Of a stretch of 64,000 nt of DNA, positions 58,038 through 64,000 are shown piece by piece. Position 1 is the first letter of the stretch. Every line of letters begins with the position of its first letter. The position numbers were made by a program, and so were the translations under genes. Location: contig JAHQWW010000004.1 of assembly GCA_029856365.1 (NCBI GenBank), positions 50,580-114,579 on the forward strand. The letters run 5' to 3'. This DNA comes from Candidatus Hodarchaeota archaeon (GTDB lineage Archaea > Asgardarchaeota > Heimdallarchaeia > Hodarchaeales > Hodarchaeaceae). The notes beneath the pieces were generated by a model. That model ran no database searches. It was not told the origin of the DNA and saw nothing but the letters and a program-made list of their open reading frames with translations.

Positions 58038-59447
58038 CTAACAATGAATAGGTCGGCCTAAAGCACATAATACTGCTTCTTTGATCGTTTCATAATATAC
58101 AGGATGCGAGTGTTCAACTTTAATTAAATCTGCTGCTTTCATTCGATTACCTACTGCTAAGGCCCCTTCTGCAATTAACTCAGTCGCATTGGGACCGATA
58201 ATATGGATACCTATTATTTCTGTACTTTCATTAAGAATTACCTTAACAAATCCACGATTCTGCCCTGAAATAATAGCCCGTCCATTTCCCTGAAAAGGAA
58301 ATTTACCGACCAAGATTTCACCATACTTGTTTCTCGCTTTTTCCTCAGTCAATCCCACGGATGCTACCTCTGGATTTGTGAATATAGTTGTAGGAATGGC
58401 ATGATAATTCATTTCAGCTTCATAGCCAAGTGCATTTTCAACAGCTACTTCTCCTTCATGCGAAGCCGTGTAAGCTAGCATTGGTGATGGCACTCCTTGA
58501 ACCACATCGCCAGCAGCATACACACCAGGTATGTTTGTCTCCATCTTGTTGTTGACAATAATTCCTCGATCATGTTCGACTCCTATCATATCAAGATTCA
58601 AACGACTTATCTCTGGAGCTCGTCCAATCGAAACTAAGACATAATCAGCCTCAATATTGTGTTCTTTATTTTCAGAATCTATAAAAGTTACTCTTTTTCT
58701 GCCAATGGGAGTGTCTGAAATGCGAGTGACGCGGGAACTGGTATGAACTTTGATTCCAGATCGTTTAAAGGAAGCTTCAAGTTCTGCACCGAGATCAGGA
58801 TCTTCCATTGGGATTAAACGTGGAAGCATTTCCACAATAGTGACATCTGTTTCCTCAAAGCATCTAAAAACACATGCAAACTCCCCACCAATCGCACCTC
58901 CGCCAATAACAATCAAGCTTTTAGGAATTTGATGGAGTTCAAGTAATTCTTTACTTGTTAGGACTTTCACACCATCAATTCCTGGAATAGGAACAAAAAA
59001 AGGTTTACTCCCTGTAGCGATGATAACTTTTTTGGAGGAAACACGGTATTTCCTGTCAATTGCTGTTACAGAGATTGTATAAGGATCAATGAATCTTCCT
59101 TCTCCACTTAACACACGAACATCAGCATTCTTCAGTAGATAATCGACGCCTTTTACAAGACGACGGACAATCATATTTTTTCTCTTCTGAATACGAAAAA
59201 AATCAACACCAAGATACTCAGACTTCAACCCAAATCGTTCCATTTCTCTTAGCGCTTTACATCGTTTCGCGGACTCAACGAACACTTTTGTGGGAATACA
59301 ACCACGATTAAGGCAAGTACCTCCGACCTGACCCTTTTCGATCAATACAACGCCATTTGCTTGTAATTGAGCTGCTCTAATAGCCGCCACATAACCTGCT
59401 GGTCCACCCCCAAGAATGGCAATCTCGCTATGAATGATTTCTTCCAT
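58038..59447 (-). CDS. lpdA: dihydrolipoyl dehydrogenase
   Basis: GGGPAGY, GGTCLNRGCIP, GGGAIG, YAAGDV, FTNPEVA, HSHP. Confidence 0.93.
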   Translation of the reverse strand: MEEIIHSEIAILGGGPAGYVAAIRAAQLQANGVVLIEKGQVGGTCLNRGCIPTKVFVESAKRCKALREMERFGLKSEYLGVDFFRIQKRKNMIVRRLVKGVDYLLKNADVRVLSGEGRFIDPYTISVTAIDRKYRVSSKKVIIATGSKPFFVPIPGIDGVKVLTSKELLELHQIPKSLIVIGGGAIGGEFACVFRCFEETDVTIVEMLPRLIPMEDPDLGAELEASFKRSGIKVHTSSRVTRISDTPIGRKRVTFIDSENKEHNIEADYVLVSIGRAPEISRLNLDMIGVEHDRGIIVNNKMETNIPGVYAAGDVVQGVPSPMLAYTASHEGEVAVENALGYEAEMNYHAIPTTIFTNPEVASVGLTEEKARNKYGEILVGKFPFQGNGRAIISGQNRGFVKVILNESTEIIGIHIIGPNATELIAEGALAVGNRMKAADLIKVEHSHPVYYETIKEAVLCALGRPIHC

Positions 59448-59713
59448 TTGAAAACAACTCTGAATTGAATGATATTCAAAATAAAATGTTATTATTCATT
59501 TATATCAATTCTTTAACTACAATGTATTGCTAACGTCAAATATGATATTTTTGCTTAAAAATTGGTTGAAGAGATCCAACTGCGGAAATATTTTCCTTTA
59601 GACTGAATTTAACGCTTATATTTTATTAATTGCTAATGAAATATGATTCAGTGTAGAATTGTCTTTATAAAAATAAGGTATATTATTTAAATCAGTCATA
59701 TTTCCTACTGAAA

Positions 59714-61096
59714 TTGCATAAATCGACCGAAATTTGTGGAAAATCAAATAAAAATATTTTTATGGGTAGTTTGATAATGGTACTCCATCCTGTGCAACTG
59801 ATTGGTCTAATCATCTTCATTGGAACCTACATTCTGATTTCTACTGAGAAATTACATAGGCCAATTTCTGCTCTCTTAGGAGCCAGTATCATTTCTATCT
59901 TGCTGATTGTTTCACAGTGGGAATATGATGGACATGTAACAACTTTTCACACCATTGTTTCACGAGTGGAATGGAATACTCTTCTTTTCATCACTGCTAT
60001 GATGATTATTACAATTATTTCAAGTAGATCGGGTCTTTTCCAATATATCAGCATTATCATCGTCCGATTTACACAAGGCAGCCCAAAAACGTTATTATTC
60101 TCATTATCATTATTAACATTCATTATTAGCTTCGTTTTTGATGTCATCACTACAATGCTAATTATCGCACCTCTCACAGTGGAAATCTACAAAATTCTAG
60201 AGTATGATTTTAGACCAACGCTCATTGTAGAAGCAATTACAGCTAATTTCGCATCAATTCCCTCATTGGTTGGGAGTATTCCAAACATTGTCTTAGCAGA
60301 TAAGAGTGGCGCAACATTTATTGACTTCGTACTAGTAATGGGGCCCCTTAGTCTTATCTTACTTGTAACTGCTCTACCCATTTACTATCTCACGGCAAGA
60401 TCCACATTTGTAGCCCCTCCATCGTCATTGGTCAAGGAAATCTTCCTATTAGATCCATATATCCTTGTAGAAGATAAACGAACGTTCTATGTTTCAATCA
60501 TTGGACTAATCGTGTTAGTAATGGGATTCATCTTTGGTAGTGTTGTGAACTTAAAAGCAGCTGAAATTGCCCTATTAATAGCTGCAGGACTGTTACTCTT
60601 TTCAGGAATGCATCCTAAAGAAATTTTTCGAGACGTTGAATGGATCTCAGTCTATTTCATTATAGGACTGTTTCTTCTTGTTGGATCGATTGAAATTTTG
60701 GGATTACTGGAGCTCCTTGGCGAGCTCTTAACCCCCTTCTTGGAGCAGCCTTTAATCATCTCTCTACCTTTTATCTCATTTGGAATTGGGTTTATTTCAG
60801 CAGTTGTAGACAATATTCCCATTTCAGCTGCATTAGCTCCAGTTTTTTTTGATTTACAATCTGCAGGTGTTGTTGGTCCAATTCAATGGTGGACATTAGT
60901 CATAGCTGTAAATCTGGGTGGGTATATTCTCCCGATTGGAAGTCCTGCAAATATTCTGGCAATAAATTTATCTAATCAAGAAGGATCAACGATTACATTC
61001 GTGCAATTTTTAAAAGTCGGTGCAGTATTAGGATTACTCCATCTTTTTATAGGTACGATTTATTTAATCATACTTTCCACATTGGGCTTTCTATAA
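59714..61096 (+). CDS. ArsB/NhaD/SLC13 (P-protein-like) permease
   Basis: VEWNTL, LVGSIPN, SAVVDNIP, NLGGYILPIGSPAN; start probably ATG 59762 or 59777. Confidence 0.88.
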   Translation: MHKSTEICGKSNKNIFMGSLIMVLHPVQLIGLIIFIGTYILISTEKLHRPISALLGASIISILLIVSQWEYDGHVTTFHTIVSRVEWNTLLFITAMMIITIISSRSGLFQYISIIIVRFTQGSPKTLLFSLSLLTFIISFVFDVITTMLIIAPLTVEIYKILEYDFRPTLIVEAITANFASIPSLVGSIPNIVLADKSGATFIDFVLVMGPLSLILLVTALPIYYLTARSTFVAPPSSLVKEIFLLDPYILVEDKRTFYVSIIGLIVLVMGFIFGSVVNLKAAEIALLIAAGLLLFSGMHPKEIFRDVEWISVYFIIGLFLLVGSIEILGLLELLGELLTPFLEQPLIISLPFISFGIGFISAVVDNIPISAALAPVFFDLQSAGVVGPIQWWTLVIAVNLGGYILPIGSPANILAINLSNQEGSTITFVQFLKVGAVLGLLHLFIGTIYLIILSTLGFL

Positions 61097-61820
61097 TATT
61101 CCATCGCTCATCTACAAGGTTTTAGGTGTCTTTCTTCTTTCTTGCTCTTAATATCTAGTAGTAAACCCAGCTTGAGATTGATTTTAGGTCTTTTTGGGGT
61201 TGTTTTATTGGAGTGAATGAAATGATTATGAAAGATAAATGAATATTGTAAAAATGACTTTATTACTTACAAATGGAATGGGGTTTGGTAGGGCAAACTC
61301 TGTTATTAAATTGTCAACTCAAATCATATGCACGTACAAACCCAGACATATCATTCATTTTTTCTCCTTTTTAACTTACTTTGAGGTTCTTAATAGTCTC
61401 ACAATTAATGGTTCACCTTTCAATGCCTTTAAACTTCGCCCTAGGGAATATAAGTTCAAGTACACACAAAATCTGATAAGATTGCCCTTAATCATTATAT
61501 TAGGATTGGAAATCAGTTAAATAATTCACTAAAATAAAATCATACTAGTTTTAACTAAGACTTAACAATTAGATAGCATCATTTTGCTAGATAAATCTGC
61601 TAGAACTATATTCGTATCATCTTCATGGATCATAAATCAATTACCTCTCTCAATACAAGTATAGATTTATTTATTGAGCTCTATATAAATTATTCTAATT
61701 TTTGAATGAAGATCATGAATTGATCAATTCAAGAAAATTAACGCAAAGTTGAATAGAATAGGTTACAAGACTTATTATAACATTACGATTTGGGAAGAGT
61801 CTCCTTTAGATAACCCTATA

Positions 61821-61842
61821 GAAAATAAAAAAGGTTTAAATA
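61821..61842 (+). promoter_or_regulatory. candidate BRE-TATA promoter for the acidic micro-ORF
   Basis: Purine-rich GAAAATAAAAAAGG followed by TTTAAATA at 61835-61842. Confidence 0.4.
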
Positions 61843-61946
61843 CATGAATATTCAAACGTTTTTTCTGGTCAGATTTTCCTTAAATTAGGTTAAACTAACC
61901 ATAAGTTGAAAAAAACCAAATATATTCAAAATAGGATTCACTAACC

Positions 61947-62084
61947 ATGAAGATCGGTCCAAAAAATAAGAAAAATGAAGAAGAAGAGGAGGAAGATTGG
62001 GATGATGAAGACTGGGATGACGAAGACGATGACTGGTCAGAAGATGATGATAAATACGATGAATATAAAGAAGAAGATGCTTAA
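61947..62084 (+). CDS. 45-aa polyacidic Trp-containing micro-protein (not in the ORF track)
   Basis: MKIGPKNKKNEEEEEEDWDDEDWDDEDDDWSEDDDKYDEYKEEDA; mixed GAT/GAC and GAA/GAG codons argue for coding rather than slippage. Confidence 0.7.
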   Translation: MKIGPKNKKNEEEEEEDWDDEDWDDEDDDWSEDDDKYDEYKEEDA

Positions 62085-62198
62085 ATAACAAGTGAAGATG
62101 AGAATGTTAGACTCCGTAAATCATAGGAACGGGAGAGAGTTCTAAGAAGATCTTTTTTGCTGAATAATGACGAAACAGTTACTTTGTGGTGAATAACA

Positions 62199-62270
62199 AT
62201 GGCAAAGAAAAAGAAAGGGACAAAGAAAAAAACCCAGACTAAATCTAAAGAGAAAAAAAAAGAAAAATAG
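62199..62270 (+). CDS. 23-aa Lys-rich micro-protein (not in the ORF track)
   Basis: GGTGA SD at 62188-62192; MAKKKKGTKKKTQTKSKEKKKEK. Confidence 0.55.
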   Translation: MAKKKKGTKKKTQTKSKEKKKEK

Positions 62271-62545
62271 ATTACCATCATTCCTCATTTTTTTTTGAGT
62301 TAAACCAGCATAAATTTGATTTGGAGAGACTTTTTTAAAAGAGAGTTACTAATAATAACTCAAGTTCCAGGATGGGTGTTTAAATTGTTGCTGCAATAAT
62401 TGCTAATATGAAAAGATTCAACAGAACTATGATATAGAATCACCAAGAAAATTAAGAAATAATTCATCTAACGGATTTTTTGATGTATTATTTCAGATTT
62501 TCAACTGAACAATATATATAGTAAAATTACTTAATTCACTTAGAA

Positions 62546-63382
62546 ATGATTTATCTGGGAACTGCGGGATGGTCTTACCCCCATTGGCATGGTACGTTTT
62601 ATCCGAGAGACGTTGAAAATGAACTCGAGTATTATAGTAATTATTCTCTATTGAATGAAATAAATACCACCTTTTATCGAATCCCTTCAGAATCCATGAT
62701 TCAAAGATGGTATCGCTCCACTCCCGATGATTTCATCTTTAGTGCAAAACTTTTTAGGGAAGTGACACACTCAGGAGGTCACTCACACCTTACTTTAAAG
62801 TTAGATAAAATAACCGAGTTTTTTACTCGTATGACGAGGCTTGAAGAGAAACTACAGGTGATATTAGTCCAATTTCCCCCTAGTTTCCGTAAAACTCCAG
62901 AGACACTCTCTTTTTTAACTCGAATGCTTGATAAATGCTCAGCTCATTTCTCAGGCCAAATCGTTCTAGAGATTCGGAATAAATCTTGGTTCAGTGACGA
63001 TTTTAAAGATCTTCTAATTGAAAAGTACATTACATTAACAGAAACGACTACATTAAACATTCCTGAAAAATATCGGAATAAAAAGGTATCGTTGTATTAT
63101 ATTCGTCTTCTTGGAGATAGAAGGATTATTCCAGACAAAAAACTTGGAAAATTCTTTTTGGAAAAAAAACAGGAAAGAAAAGATTGGTCCCTTAAGATCA
63201 AGCTGCTTAGTAAACTGTATGATACTATTTTCGTCCTAATTAACAATAGATTTTCTGGTTATGCTATAAATGACGCTATTGCTCTCCGAAAAATATTCAC
63301 AAAGGAAAATATACCAGCACAAGGATTTGAAAACACGGATAAATATATAAGGAGACAAATGAGTCTTAGAGAATTTTTTTAG
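62546..63382 (+). CDS. DUF72 (YecE-like) protein
   Basis: IYLGTAGWSYPHWHGTFYP, EINTTFYRIP, FSAKL...VTH, LVQFPPSF, LEIRNKSW. Confidence 0.93.
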   Translation: MIYLGTAGWSYPHWHGTFYPRDVENELEYYSNYSLLNEINTTFYRIPSESMIQRWYRSTPDDFIFSAKLFREVTHSGGHSHLTLKLDKITEFFTRMTRLEEKLQVILVQFPPSFRKTPETLSFLTRMLDKCSAHFSGQIVLEIRNKSWFSDDFKDLLIEKYITLTETTTLNIPEKYRNKKVSLYYIRLLGDRRIIPDKKLGKFFLEKKQERKDWSLKIKLLSKLYDTIFVLINNRFSGYAINDAIALRKIFTKENIPAQGFENTDKYIRRQMSLREFF

Positions 63383-63413
63383 ATTTATTATGAAGTTTAA
63401 GATGGTTTTAATA

Positions 63414-64000
63414 ATGAATAAAGTAAGAATTGGAGTCCTCACTATTGGTCAGTCTCCACGGAAAGACATTATGACGGACATAATGCCTCTCTTTCTTCCC
63501 CATATAAAAATTGTGGAGGGAGGTTTATTGGATAACCTCAGTCCAGAGGAGATCCAAGATTTAAAACCAGGAATAACTGAAACTCCCTTAATCACTCGAC
63601 TGAGAGATGGGAGTCAAGTTCAATTGAGTGAAAAGAAAATTAGCGAGCTCTTACCCAAGGCCATCAATCGAATGAAAACCAAGACAAAAGTCAAAGCTAT
63701 TGGAATCCTTTGTTCACATGTTTTTCCAGAAAACGAGTTTTCATTTCCAGTTATTTTCCCCTTTGATCATCTAAAATTATTAGTCAACTGTATACTAAAA
63801 ATTAGAAGTCTTGGGGTTGTGGTTCCCTTAAAAAATCAAATTACTAAAGCAAGAAATAAATGGGAAACAGAAAAGATTGTTATTAAAGAGAAATCACCAT
63901 ATATCAAAGGAGAGAGTTGGAAAATAATCACGCAAAGTTTTGTTGAGGAAAATGTTGAGGCTGTTATTCTTGATTGCATTGGATTTAGATTAGCAGATAA
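63414..64000 (+). CDS. AroM family protein, truncated by the window end (not in the ORF track)
   Basis: IGVLTIGQSPRKD, GLLD, LITRLRDGSQV, ILCS, LGVVVP, VILDCIG; frame open to the end of the window. Confidence 0.85.
   Translation, partial: MNKVRIGVLTIGQSPRKDIMTDIMPLFLPHIKIVEGGLLDNLSPEEIQDLKPGITETPLITRLRDGSQVQLSEKKISELLPKAINRMKTKTKVKAIGILCSHVFPENEFSFPVIFPFDHLKLLVNCILKIRSLGVVVPLKNQITKARNKWETEKIVIKEKSPYIKGESWKIITQSFVEENVEAVILDCIGFRLAD

Noticed and set aside
61100-61700. ORF 61239-61520 and a stop-riddled minus-strand frame
   Set aside because: No motif and atypical composition; possibly decayed DNA, but not supportable
61885-62281. Minus-strand track ORFs 61885-62091 (His-rich) and 62081-62281 (Phe-rich)
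   Set aside because: Best explained as shadows of the plus-strand acidic and Lys-rich micro-ORFs, which have the better start signals
1-64000. tRNA, rRNA, IS elements, integrases, prophage or provirus genes
   Set aside because: No GC-rich structured RNA segments and no transposase, integrase or capsid motifs seen by eye; tRNAscan-SE, Infernal and ISEScan would confirm

Overview
AT-rich archaeal chromosomal segment, most likely from an Asgard archaeon (Heimdallarchaeia/Hodarchaeales-like). This is inferred from six Ras-superfamily small GTPases in 64 kb together with archaeal-type genes (Lrp, TrmB, HTH-Zn ribbon, trimeric dUTPase, four-subunit 2-oxoacid:ferredoxin oxidoreductase, SMC-ScpA-ScpB). 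I saw no rRNA, tRNA, CRISPR array or transposase. Main blocks: (1) three large gamma-class amino-DNA methyltransferases with no recognisable nuclease, next to a short MutY-like glycosylase (0.6-9 kb); (2) mixed metabolic and membrane genes (9-22 kb); (3) a putative operon of a Roadblock-like protein, a repeat-bearing coiled-coil protein and two small GTPases (23.3-26.4 kb); (4) an unusual SMC locus: smc-scpA, an 802-aa TrmB-like protein with about 570 aa of helical insert, two divergent tandem ScpB (kite) paralogues and two tandem Rab-like GTPases (28.9-39.6 kb); (5) por gamma-delta-alpha-beta; (6) an orphan DUF499 ATPase, uvrC, a large GNAT protein, uvrB, lpdA and an ArsB/NhaD permease; (7) an unannotated pair of adjacent polyacidic (Trp-acidic) and polylysine micro-ORFs near 62 kb, then DUF72 and a truncated AroM. 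The best candidates for an undescribed system are the SMC locus with two kites and TrmB-coiled-coil, and the Roadblock/coiled-coil/double-GTPase operon. All family calls come from motif recognition by eye, not from database searches.
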